A stretch of DNA of 64,000 nt from a virus. Taxonomy: Duplodnaviria > Heunggongvirae > Uroviricota > Caudoviricetes. Under the pieces are notes generated by a model. The model had not been told where the DNA came from, ran no database searches, and saw only the letters and a list, made by a program, of their open reading frames with translations. Positions 33,970-44,000 of the stretch are shown piece after piece. A program made the position numbers and the translations under genes. How positions within the stretch are numbered: the first letter of the stretch is position 1; each line of letters begins with the position of its first letter. The DNA is taken from the IMG/VR virus record IMGVR_UViG_3300028805_000076, positions 8,165-72,164 of that record; one strand, written 5' to 3'.

Positions 33970-34286
33970 TTCTTCTTTTGATGAATTGGTGGTACAAAAT
34001 CACTTATTAAAACCAAGTCTTTTGGCTCTTCATAATCAGTTTGATGTATTCTTGACCTAAGAGCGTTGATTTGGTCAAGGATATATCGTTTTTTATTGTT
34101 TAGTACAACAATTTTTGGTACTTCCTAAAACGTTAAACAATCTCGACCGATTTTAGACTTGTATGTATTAAAATTCAGTATTGCGCCAGTTCTCAAGTAT
34201 ATTTGATTGTTTTCATCTACACAACAATAATGAACTTGTTGTGTACATTTGTTAGTAACTTTATAGTATTTAAAATTTTCTACCAT
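33966..34286 (-). pseudogene. tandem paralog family, member 4, interrupted by an in-frame TAG (codon 54)
   Basis: MVENFKYYKVTNK...F*EVPKIVVLNNKKRYILDQINALRSR; the family alignment continues in frame after TAG at 34125-34127. Confidence 0.4.
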
Positions 34287-34304
34287 TGTCTAATGATTAA
34301 TTTC

Positions 34305-34330
34305 TGTATTGCAAAGATACATATTTAATT
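34305..34330 (-). promoter_or_regulatory. Bacteroides-type promoter
   Basis: plus caaagata 34312-34319. Confidence 0.45.
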
Positions 34331-34408
34331 TAACACTTGAAAGTAAAAAGTGTTAAAAAAACAAAAAAAAGAGAGTAACATTTAAGTTTCTCTCTTTTTT
34401 ATTTTTTG

Positions 34409-35644
34409 TTAATCGATATGAAGAACTTTCTTAAACATATCCACGACATCTTCATGACCAGTATGTTTTCCTTTATCCTCACTAATCTTGCAAGTATCGG
34501 AGAAGAATGGGTAATTACTGTTCTCTTTGATTGCAAGGAGCTTGATAACGATATTCATTGGTTTGATTTCATCTACGATACCTTTCCAATCGTTTGTCCA
34601 AGCTGTTCCTATACCATAACTGATTTTAGGATATTCTTTTCCAATGACTTTCTGGATATGGCAAGCATCATCGATTGACAATGCATTACTGAAGATGATT
34701 ATCTTTTCCTTTGGGTCGATGCCAAGAGAGCTGTATTTGTCACAAATCTTGTGGAACTGTTCGAAGTTGTCACCACTATCAATTCGAAGTCCATCGAAAC
34801 AGTTTGCAAAGTCTTTGTTGAAGTTTCGAGCAAAGGCATCGAAGCCGTAGGTATCATACAAGTATGTTCCCAAAGCACCCTTGAATGTATGTCTCCATTT
34901 TTCCATTGCAATCTTATTGGCAAGCAGTGGACCATACAGACCAGCGATACCGCTAATCCATTCGTGTGCCATTGTTCCGATTGGTGTGGTGTTGTACTTC
35001 ATTGCAAGGTAAACGTTAGATGTACCAACGCACTTGCCATTTGTTTGACAAAGTGGTGATAGGAATGTTGGTCTATTTTTGGTTGCATTAAGCATTGCTT
35101 TGAGAGCAGTTTCCTCCGTTTCGAAAGAAGAACGTCTTCGAGTGCCGAAATCAGCCCATACGCATCCATTGTCAATCATTTGTGCTGCCTTGACAAACGA
35201 CTTTGTATAATACTTTTTGTAATCGAATTTTTTGTCAAGTTCAGTAATCTTGTAATAGAGTTCTGAAACGATTGCAAGAACCATTACTTCTAGCAGAACA
35301 GTTTCTGCCCACAGACCTTCGAAAATGATATGCAGATGCCCATCTGTATCTTGTGAAACGTTAACAAGGTCGGAATTGAATCGGAAACCACGAAGATAAG
35401 TGAAGAACCATTGTGGAAGGTACTTGCACTTTTCCTTCATAAAGTTTATTTCCTCTTCTGTGATTGTCAATGTTTCGAGAGTTTGTATTTCGGCTTTTAA
35501 GAATTGGTCAAAATGTTTTGGATAAACTGTTTTGTTCCTATCAACAAACTCGTACCTTACGATTGCATCTGGAAAGTTATCCACGATTGCGCAGCACATT
35601 GTAAGTTTGTACAAGTCTGTATCTGTAAAGTGTTTAATAATCAT
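34409..35644 (-). CDS. NAPRTase-family phosphoribosyltransferase (PncB/NadV-like; NAD salvage)
   Basis: TDLYKLTM, FGTRRRS and GTMAHEW motifs; start set at ATG 35644, 5 nt below the upstream gene. Confidence 0.6.
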   Translation of the reverse strand: MIIKHFTDTDLYKLTMCCAIVDNFPDAIVRYEFVDRNKTVYPKHFDQFLKAEIQTLETLTITEEEINFMKEKCKYLPQWFFTYLRGFRFNSDLVNVSQDTDGHLHIIFEGLWAETVLLEVMVLAIVSELYYKITELDKKFDYKKYYTKSFVKAAQMIDNGCVWADFGTRRRSSFETEETALKAMLNATKNRPTFLSPLCQTNGKCVGTSNVYLAMKYNTTPIGTMAHEWISGIAGLYGPLLANKIAMEKWRHTFKGALGTYLYDTYGFDAFARNFNKDFANCFDGLRIDSGDNFEQFHKICDKYSSLGIDPKEKIIIFSNALSIDDACHIQKVIGKEYPKISYGIGTAWTNDWKGIVDEIKPMNIVIKLLAIKENSNYPFFSDTCKISEDKGKHTGHEDVVDMFKKVLHID

Positions 35645-35648
35645 AAAA

Positions 35649-36092
35649 CTATTCTTCTGTTTCTTTGTTAGTTTCTGTTGGTGTAGTTTTCTTACTTTCG
35701 TATGGATTGGTAAGGAATTCGAATACTTCCTCCTTGTTGTCGGCAAAATCGAAAGCGTTGTTACTTGAAAGATGGGCTATGATGATGTCTTCAACTTCAT
35801 CGTTACGGTCTTCTACAGTCCACTCACCGAACGACATATCATCATATACGATATAGCAATTACGGAGAGTAATGGCCATTCTATCGGTGGACTTGATTTC
35901 CTTGCCGTGCACACAAACGCATTCTACAGTTTCACCGTCTTCTGTCGTAATCTTGTCAACACTGACGCTGAATACATTGAATGCATTTGCTCCGTGTGGG
36001 TATACGTGAGCGAATTTCTTGTTAAGAAGAGCTTCTACTACCTCTTTAATCTTTTCAACTGCCACTTGGGTCTTTGTAATTACTTCTGCCAT
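35649..36092 (-). CDS. hypothetical acidic protein
   Basis: 147-aa ORF. Confidence 0.5.
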   Translation of the reverse strand: MAEVITKTQVAVEKIKEVVEALLNKKFAHVYPHGANAFNVFSVSVDKITTEDGETVECVCVHGKEIKSTDRMAITLRNCYIVYDDMSFGEWTVEDRNDEVEDIIIAHLSSNNAFDFADNKEEVFEFLTNPYESKKTTPTETNKETEE

Positions 36093-36119
36093 TTAATTGA
36101 ATTTTTTAAGTTGTTTTAA

Positions 36120-36148
36120 TTACAATGCAAAGATACACCTTTTTTCAT
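36120..36148 (-). promoter_or_regulatory. Bacteroides-type promoter
   Basis: plus caaagata 36128-36135. Confidence 0.45.
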
Positions 36149-36178
36149 TAAAAAGCAAGAAATAATTTATAAAATATG

Positions 36179-36448
36179 TTAAAACCCACATATTGCGCAT
36201 AGCATGCTTTCTATTGGGTTATCAAACTTCATCATATGGTCATTTCGTATTCTACCATCCTCTTGAATGTCATATCTAACGTTTTTATACATTATATAAT
36301 AACCATTTACACCAGCTTGTGCAATTTGAGCTTGCACATAATATAATTGCAATTCGTTATGAATTATTCCTATGCATTCATTTTCTGGTGAAAATACTTT
36401 CATAGTGAAATTCTGTATTTGTTTGGTTGGTAATACATTAATTGCCAT
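36179..36448 (-). CDS. hypothetical protein
   Basis: 89-aa ORF. Confidence 0.45.
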   Translation of the reverse strand: MAINVLPTKQIQNFTMKVFSPENECIGIIHNELQLYYVQAQIAQAGVNGYYIMYKNVRYDIQEDGRIRNDHMMKFDNPIESMLCAICGF

Positions 36449-36453
36449 AATTT

Positions 36454-36669
36454 CTAATGTTCACAAATAAAATAAAACTTGTTGTTACAAAAGGGGCAAG
36501 TGAAGACTTCTTTCCATCTCATTGTTACGCCATACTTACCATCTTCAACTTTTTCTACGTCTTGTATTTCTACAGACAAGTCATTATAGTTTTTCAAATA
36601 AGAATCTACATTTTCCCCACAATGCGGACATAATGGGGAATAATCTTTATCGTGTAATATTTCTTTCAT
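36454..36669 (-). CDS. zinc-ribbon protein (CPHCG...CPFCN)
   Basis: two CxxC pairs. Confidence 0.45.
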   Translation of the reverse strand: MKEILHDKDYSPLCPHCGENVDSYLKNYNDLSVEIQDVEKVEDGKYGVTMRWKEVFTCPFCNNKFYFICEH

Positions 36670-36896
36670 CAGTCATTAATTTTTTTGCGCATAACATCAC
36701 CATTTGTGTCAGTAATGTATATGTATTTATTCTTTTCAGATGGAAGAGAATTGCTGATAGACCATTCTGAATCGTTTTCGCTTACCAATAAGATGGAACC
36801 GTCAGACCATTTGCACCTATAATACTTTCCATCATATCCAACTATCATTACAGTATGTTTACCGTCAGTGATTGCATCACCTATTTTAAATTTCAT
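36669..36896 (-). CDS. hypothetical protein
   Basis: 75-aa ORF, coupled. Confidence 0.45.
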   Translation of the reverse strand: MKFKIGDAITDGKHTVMIVGYDGKYYRCKWSDGSILLVSENDSEWSISNSLPSEKNKYIYITDTNGDVMRKKIND

Positions 36897-37210
36897 ATCT
36901 CATTATAACCTTTTATTATTTTAAGATTTGGGTTAAAAAACACATTTCCAATCACATGATAAGCAAAATCCCTAATCCAATCGCCAACTATTGTTTCTAC
37001 AAATTCAAACGAATTATGATAATCAGAAGCAGTTGACATAATTTTGTGATTGTTATCCAAGAATATCTCTTGTCTTACTGGTGCTCTGTCTGAACACAAT
37101 CCATCACCATTATAATTCGATTCTAAAACGTCACCAACATAAATTGGTGTTCCAATGCAATCATAAATACCAGTAAACTGTCTGCAATCATATTTATATG
37201 GAATATACAT
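36893..37210 (-). CDS. hypothetical protein
   Basis: 105-aa ORF, ATGA overlap. Confidence 0.45.
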   Translation of the reverse strand: MYIPYKYDCRQFTGIYDCIGTPIYVGDVLESNYNGDGLCSDRAPVRQEIFLDNNHKIMSTASDYHNSFEFVETIVGDWIRDFAYHVIGNVFFNPNLKIIKGYNEI

Positions 37211-37460
37211 AATTTTATGATTTTAAGTGTTCTATACTGTAGTTAGTATATACATTTTTATTTTCAAACAGAAAAAAACACCTTGGATTTTTTATTCCAA
37301 AGTATTTTTTAATCCAATCAATTTACCCAAACTTCTTCATCGTAGGAATCTTTTTCGATTGCGTTTCTGTAGAATTCGATTTCATCAATAGAAACTGGTT
37401 TATAGTTGTTAGCATCGACACCAACATCGTAACCGAATGGTTTACAGCAAATAGTCATAA

Positions 37461-37925
37461 TTATTTTCTTGTATATTTTTTTTCAATGTGATACATATTT
37501 TTAGTTGCCTTAAGAGCAAGCCCATCTTCTATAAGGTTTTCTGTATCAAAGAAGTTAGAAAGAAGAAAGGCATCGGCTTTTCTTGTATATTTAGCAAAAA
37601 CAAATGGAGAATTCTTCTCTGCATAATCATCATCCTCATGTTCGAGTTCAAAGATTGGCTGATTGAGTAAATCAGCAAATATATCCTTTTCAACTTGCAT
37701 CATTGACTCTGGTTGACGCAAATATGGTTTGATTTCTGATACGTAGGCTTGAATAGCTCCTTTGTCATCAATTGGCTTGAAATTAAACAAAAAATTACCG
37801 TCACCATCATCAAACCCACCTATGAGTTCTAGTGGTTGTGTATAACCGTCTACCTTGCACTTTACGTGATAGGGGGCTAATGCACATAAAACAGTAAACA
37901 TTTTAAATTTTTGTTCGTTTGTCAT
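37461..37925 (-). CDS. hypothetical protein
   Basis: 154-aa ORF. Confidence 0.5.
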   Translation of the reverse strand: MTNEQKFKMFTVLCALAPYHVKCKVDGYTQPLELIGGFDDGDGNFLFNFKPIDDKGAIQAYVSEIKPYLRQPESMMQVEKDIFADLLNQPIFELEHEDDDYAEKNSPFVFAKYTRKADAFLLSNFFDTENLIEDGLALKATKNMYHIEKKYTRK

Positions 37926-37940
37926 AATTATTTTTTTTAA

Positions 37941-38138
37941 TTAAGTATTTAATGTTGGTTGTACAATAACACCATCTTTAATTAATTTAATGGAAATAGG
38001 CTCTTGCATACAAATATCAAAATCGTCTTTGTAATATTCATTGAATACACTGATAGCTGATGTTAGACTATCTGCGGCAACAGCAACCTTTTTACACAAT
38101 TCACTGTGCTCTATTTCATATAAGTTCATCGTATCCAT
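37941..38138 (-). CDS. hypothetical protein
   Basis: 65-aa ORF. Confidence 0.4.
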   Translation of the reverse strand: MDTMNLYEIEHSELCKKVAVAADSLTSAISVFNEYYKDDFDICMQEPISIKLIKDGVIVQPTLNT

Positions 38139-38472
38139 TTTTTTCTCTTTCTAAACGTAATAATGTCCATAAATCTCTTCGCGCATGGCTCATTTCCCAA
38201 GGATAGTCGGTTAAGTTTCCATGTATATCCATAAAGATTTTAATAGTTTCGTTTCCAATAACGTCATTTGAATCTCTATGACCAACAAAATAGAAATCGT
38301 TAAGAATACTAATGTCGTGAGCTTTATGAATATATTTTACAACGTTAACCCTAAACTTATTGACTTGCTCTGCTGTCAAATCTCCAACAAATTCATCATT
38401 AACAAATAATTTGATTGTATTGTTTTCTACTTGTGGAATTTGAAGAGCAGTTTCTTTCTCTGTCATATTCAA
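38116..38472 (-). CDS. hypothetical protein
   Basis: 118-aa ORF. Confidence 0.45.
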   Translation of the reverse strand: MNMTEKETALQIPQVENNTIKLFVNDEFVGDLTAEQVNKFRVNVVKYIHKAHDISILNDFYFVGHRDSNDVIGNETIKIFMDIHGNLTDYPWEMSHARRDLWTLLRLEREKNGYDELI

Positions 38473-38479
38473 TTTTGTT

Positions 38480-39271
38480 TTAATTGTACATTCCTTCTTT
38501 AGCTTTAAGAGCGTAGCCTTTCAAAATTAGACCATTAAAATCAATATGATGATAATTTAGAAAGTCAAATATTGCTGAATTTGGAACTTTTGTTCCATCT
38601 TCAAGGTGGGCATAAATGTCAAAAGAGTAATATTCCTCACATTCCTCGTCTGTCATATCTTCCATTGGGCGAAGATATGGTTTTATATCCTCAAGGTCAT
38701 GCCAGTGATGACCACTATCAACAATAACAAAGTCATCTTCTATAGTAAAAGCACCAATAATTGTAGAATTTGATTCATAATGAGTAATTGTTTCATCATT
38801 CAAATCATTTACGTTAGTAATATTGAAAGATAACTTTATCTTTGTGTTTGTACCAACTCTAGCAGCTAAATCACTGAATATTAATCTTTTTTCCACTAGC
38901 GCCAAAGGATAGATGTCTCTGACATCAAGAATTCTTCTCTCAACAATGTTTTCCCTTGGGAATATGTATTCAAACTCGTTGAGAATCTTATACCTTGATA
39001 CAGTAAACTCGTTAATTGTAAAGCCATTAGATACAAGTTCCTCCAAATCTCTTTTTGAGAACCACTTCTGTAGTGTTTCTTTGGATGGTGCACTTGCAAA
39101 CCATCTTGTTCCCTCTTCTCCGTAGATTGGGTCGAATTCCATTGGCAAATCACGGCATTTACCGTCTGTCAACATGTCGAACAAAGGTTCCCATGTGCCA
39201 TCGAACTTACGCCACAATCCTTTTTCTTGTTGGGTGTGCTCAACCCTATATACTTTAATATTGCCCATCAT
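38480..39271 (-). CDS. hypothetical protein
   Basis: 263-aa ORF. Confidence 0.5.
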   Translation of the reverse strand: MMGNIKVYRVEHTQQEKGLWRKFDGTWEPLFDMLTDGKCRDLPMEFDPIYGEEGTRWFASAPSKETLQKWFSKRDLEELVSNGFTINEFTVSRYKILNEFEYIFPRENIVERRILDVRDIYPLALVEKRLIFSDLAARVGTNTKIKLSFNITNVNDLNDETITHYESNSTIIGAFTIEDDFVIVDSGHHWHDLEDIKPYLRPMEDMTDEECEEYYSFDIYAHLEDGTKVPNSAIFDFLNYHHIDFNGLILKGYALKAKEGMYN

Positions 39272-39295
39272 AACTCTATAGTACCTAATTCAAAT

Positions 39296-39553
39296 TTATC
39301 TTTGTTTATTTTTTGCATATTCACTATATTTATTTGAAATTTTGTGCCAAAATTCATATCCATCTTCTGTACACGAGAAAAAAAATGCGGTTTCAATCAA
39401 ATCTATTCTGTCTAAATGTACTATAACATACATAGCCCAATTAACCCAGTTGTAAAATCTAATGTGGTGGCTCTTAAAGAAAGCGTTGAAATATTTCTCA
39501 TAAACTCCGTTATCTTTCAAGAATCGTAAAAAGTCAATTAGTGTTTTATTCAT
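39296..39553 (-). CDS. small paralog-family protein (second array), member 6
   Basis: LIDFLRFLKDNGVYEKYF ... CTEDGYEFW. Confidence 0.5.
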   Translation of the reverse strand: MNKTLIDFLRFLKDNGVYEKYFNAFFKSHHIRFYNWVNWAMYVIVHLDRIDLIETAFFFSCTEDGYEFWHKISNKYSEYAKNKQR

Positions 39554-39812
39554 TATATACTTGTTTTAAATCAACTAAAATTTTATACCAAAAATCATAT
39601 CCCTCATTTGAAGAAGCAAATGTAAATGCCCCTCCAAGAATATAATTTTTAGGTATTGTAAAATTAGACAATCTACGCTCAGCCCAATTCAGCCAATATT
39701 TTGTTTTGTCTTGATTACCTATCATTCTATATGAAAAAAAATTTTCAAAATAAGCATTATACGCTGAATGGTCTTTTAACACCCTTAAAAACTGCTTTAT
39801 TGTTTCATTCAT
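39546..39812 (-). CDS. small paralog-family protein, member 7
   Basis: IKQFLRVLKDHSAYNAYF ... SSNEGYDFW. Confidence 0.5.
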   Translation of the reverse strand: MNETIKQFLRVLKDHSAYNAYFENFFSYRMIGNQDKTKYWLNWAERRLSNFTIPKNYILGGAFTFASSNEGYDFWYKILVDLKQVYNE

Positions 39813-40081
39813 AATTTAATTTTATCAAGTTCGCTTACAATATCCCACCAAAATTCTGAACCTTCTTCGGAAAATGAAAAACTGAATGCACCACTAACAA
39901 GCATAGAAATTTCTCTACCAAATACTTCACCATTTAAGCACATATTAGCCCAATATTTCCAATATGTATATGGGTCAACATCATCTATTTGACGGCTTGA
40001 AAAGAAATTGTTGAAATATTTCTCATAAGCCCCCTTATTTTTCAATATTCTGAAAAAGAGCTGTATATTTTTTTCGTTCAT
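39809..40081 (-). CDS. small paralog-family protein, member 8
   Basis: IQLFFRILKNKGAYEKYF ... SEEGSEFWW. Confidence 0.5.
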   Translation of the reverse strand: MNEKNIQLFFRILKNKGAYEKYFNNFFSSRQIDDVDPYTYWKYWANMCLNGEVFGREISMLVSGAFSFSFSEEGSEFWWDIVSELDKIKL

Positions 40082-40181
40082 ATTGCAAATATATTAAAAA
40101 AAAAAGTAATATACAATGATAAACAGTTAAATTATGTTAAATGGCAACAATTCGTATTTTTTACCAACTGTTGCCATAATT

Positions 40182-40931
40182 TTAGACTATCTTAAACGTT
40201 TCTGTATCAAGTATATATGCTGCTGCATTGTCAAGCATTTTGCAGTTACCGAATTCCATTATATCACCATATGCTACTTTGTAGTCTTTATCATAATAAG
40301 CTTGTATAGTGTGGCCGAATACTTGCTTGATGTTTCTGATTTTATTGTCTTCTTTAGCTACATCTTCTTGCGTTTCGTGTACGTCTGCCCAAATGCAAGA
40401 GCTGAAAGCATCATATCCACCTCTGTAGAACGATACCATATAAAACAATTCCATTCCATTTGGACTGTTTGGCAATTCATTTAATGTAGTGCTGATTAAG
40501 TTAATGTCTATTTCTTTATCGCCAAATACTTTGTTATACCAAGAACTATTGATTCCTGCGTGGGTAAACAATATATCATCAGCAACGAATGAAATATTGA
40601 ATAAATTAAGCTTCTCTACAAACAATGAATGGATTTCATCATGATGTTCTTTAGAATGCCTACTATGATAATATGACAGATTATAATAGCTGTCATATAC
40701 ATATGGGAAATCGTGGTTTCCAAGCAGAAGCACTACTTTTTCCATATTTTCTTGCTTGAATGCTATAATCTGTTTGAAAATATCGATTGCAGTCAAAACA
40801 TCTATATGCTCAAAGTCATATGGGTCTAAATAGTCACCAAGGAATATAACCTTGTCATATTGAGATATATCTTCACACGGCTTTTTCCAAAAATCTCTAC
40901 CGTGAACATCTGGTATTACTAAAATTTTCAT
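40182..40931 (-). CDS. calcineurin-like metallophosphoesterase
   Basis: DVHG, GDYLD and GNHD motifs. Confidence 0.6.
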   Translation of the reverse strand: MKILVIPDVHGRDFWKKPCEDISQYDKVIFLGDYLDPYDFEHIDVLTAIDIFKQIIAFKQENMEKVVLLLGNHDFPYVYDSYYNLSYYHSRHSKEHHDEIHSLFVEKLNLFNISFVADDILFTHAGINSSWYNKVFGDKEIDINLISTTLNELPNSPNGMELFYMVSFYRGGYDAFSSCIWADVHETQEDVAKEDNKIRNIKQVFGHTIQAYYDKDYKVAYGDIMEFGNCKMLDNAAAYILDTETFKIV

Positions 40932-41057
40932 ATCTTAAAAATTGTAAATATATCGATATTATATAAAAAAAATATTAGAATAAAAAAAAATTACTATTAT
41001 ATTATATTTTAATTTAGTTCTAAAATACCTTATATTTATTATTATAAATATAAAATT

Positions 41058-44000
41058 ATGGAGATAACTAATAGTATTGTCAAGAATTGTTTAACTGAAT
41101 ATGTACAAGATAGGTTTCAATTATTGACTGAAGACCAAAAAAGAACAATTCGCAACAAAATAACAAGGGGTGTTTCATCAAGAGTACCTCATCGTGTCGA
41201 TGATACCAAAATGATTGAGAAATTGGTTGATGATATATGGAATACATATGTTCTTCACCCACTTCACGATGGGGTTCATCATAGGCAAAATGATGAAATC
41301 ACTATAATCAATCAGAACATTGAAAGATTGATTCCATATGTTATAAAACAAAAAAGTGATAATGAATCTGAAAATGTTACTTACTATATTACAACAAATC
41401 CAAGAATTCGTAACAGTTGGGAGAACTTGATACAATCACAAAGGCAGAACAGAAATGTAACTTTGTGGGGAAACGATGGTGGAGATTTGACTTATTGGGA
41501 TGTAAACAAACGTTATAATGATGCTGTAAATTCTGCTAAAAACACTAAAATTGAAGGCAAGTACCATTACTCTGTTTACAAGGTAGAAAACTACGATACA
41601 CCAATTGAAGGGTTGGGAATGACAGTTAGTGAACTTGGACAGTATACTGGAGGAAAAGGCTCGCTAAAATGTGTTCCGTTGTGCTATACACAATCTCTAA
41701 ATACGTATAACAATTACACAAAAGGCAATGAATACAACATGTATGCTCTACTGCGTGACGGTTGGCAGAATGAACCATGCAAAATGACAGAAGGTTATCC
41801 ATTGGACAGCTATGGTTTGTCAATACTATTTGTAATTGTAGACCCTAATGGAAACATTGCATACAACAATGTAAGATGGAATCACGGACCAAAGGGGTAT
41901 CCAAGAAGTGTTGACAATATATTCACTTATAAGGAATTGGCAGAAATTGTTGGTAGCGATGTAATGGAACAAATTAACACTACTGCTGATGTGGACCAAT
42001 CGTTACGTTTTACATATGAGGTTGAAACTAAACTTAAAGAAGGTCAAGATATTAACGACATATTTATGTCTAAAGGTACAGAACGCTGTGGTTATATACC
42101 AGTTTGTTATATGCATAAATGGAATTTTCTTGATTCTTCAAAGTCTTTGTTATGTGACGAATGGTTCGATGGTGTTGGTAGTTTTCATCCAAATGGTTTT
42201 AGTTATGTCTATAAAAGCAACTTATATAACTTTATTGATTTTAATGGAGAACTTGTTTGGGATAGACCGCTTGAAGAATGGTTTAATCACATTGATTCGT
42301 GGTCATTTGATGTTTATGGCTTGTGTAGGGTTATGAAAGACTATCATTATAATTGGTTAAAGACTGATGGTACACTATTATTTAATAACCAACAACAAGA
42401 ATGGCTAGATAGAGCTAGTGATTTTCATAATCAAATTGCTTATATAAAATTACATGGTAAATACAATTATATTAGAACTGATGGTTCATTGGTTTGGGAT
42501 TATGATGACACACAATATTGGTTTGATGATGTTGCTGATAAAGGTTTTAATAACTCCAATGTTGCTATGGTAACAATTGACAGATTGGTTAATTTATTGA
42601 AAACAGATGGAACACTAGTTTGGAATAAACCACCTGAATTATGGTTTAATCACATTGTTGCTAATGATAGTAACAAAGATATATACCAAGTAGAACGTTC
42701 CAATAAATATAATTTCTTAAGAATGGATGGTACATTGGTTTGGCAGAAACCTTTTAATGAATGGTTTACATCAATTGGAGCATTCTATAATGGTTTGGCA
42801 AAAGTAACTACATCATTTGGTGAAACATATAATTTTATTAAAATGGACGGAACATTGCTGTTTGACGAAACAGATGATACAAAACATTTTGATAAAATTG
42901 GTAATTTCGCTAGTGGACCAGCATTTGTTTGCATAAATAATAAATATAATTTCATTAGAGAAGACGGAACTTATATTTGGGATAAACCAATAGGGCAATG
43001 GTTTGATAGTGTTAGCGAATATTTTAGAGAAGGTTTTGCTTGTGTGCGCAAGAAAGGAGTTGCAAATTTTATATCTACAGAAGGAAAGTTGTTATGGAAG
43101 AAACCATTAAAAGATTGGTTCAGTGGTGTAGACCCTTTTTATCAAGGGATAGCACAAGTACGAAAGAATGGCAAAAATAATTACATACGAACAAACGGGA
43201 AATTAGTTTTGAATAAACCATTTGATGAGTGGTTTTTCTGGATGGGTAAGGTTATAAATAGCCCTAATATATTTATTGTAAGAGATGCAATGAGATATAA
43301 CTATATTAAAGATGGTGAATTGTTATATAACCAACCGCATACAAAATGGTTTACTGATATAAGCAGAATGCTTGATAAAATCAATGATAATATATCTGGC
43401 TTCCTTGTACAAAAGGGATATAGGCACAATTTCTTGAAACTTGATGGAACACTTCTCAATAGCAGTTTCGTAAGTAAAAGTGAATTAGAATCTATAATTC
43501 GAAGAATAAAACATCAATCGTCCAATATACAAGAATCCTTAAGGGAATATGTAACTAAAAATTTACAACTTCTTACTGAAGACCAGAAGAAGACAATTCG
43601 TAACAAGATTGCAAGAGGTATTGTTTCAATGACTAATCTTGATGTAAACAGTACAGAAGTACAATCGTTAGTAGATAATGTTTGGAACATTTACGTTGTA
43701 CACCCAATTGAAGGCGAAAAGCGTCAGAATGACGAGATTACTGTAATTAATCAGAACATTGAAAGATTAGTACCGTATGTATTGAAGCAAAATGATTCTG
43801 AAAATTACTTTATAAGCAGCAATCCAAGGATTCGTAAAAGTTGGGAAAACTTGATACAAACCCAAAGGCAGAACAGACAAACCAATATATGGCAAGACAA
43901 TGATAATTTGCTTTATTGGAACACAAATAAAAAGTATAATGATGCAATAAATGCAGCAACAAGTGAAGAAATTAAAGGCAAGTATCATTATAGTGTGTAT

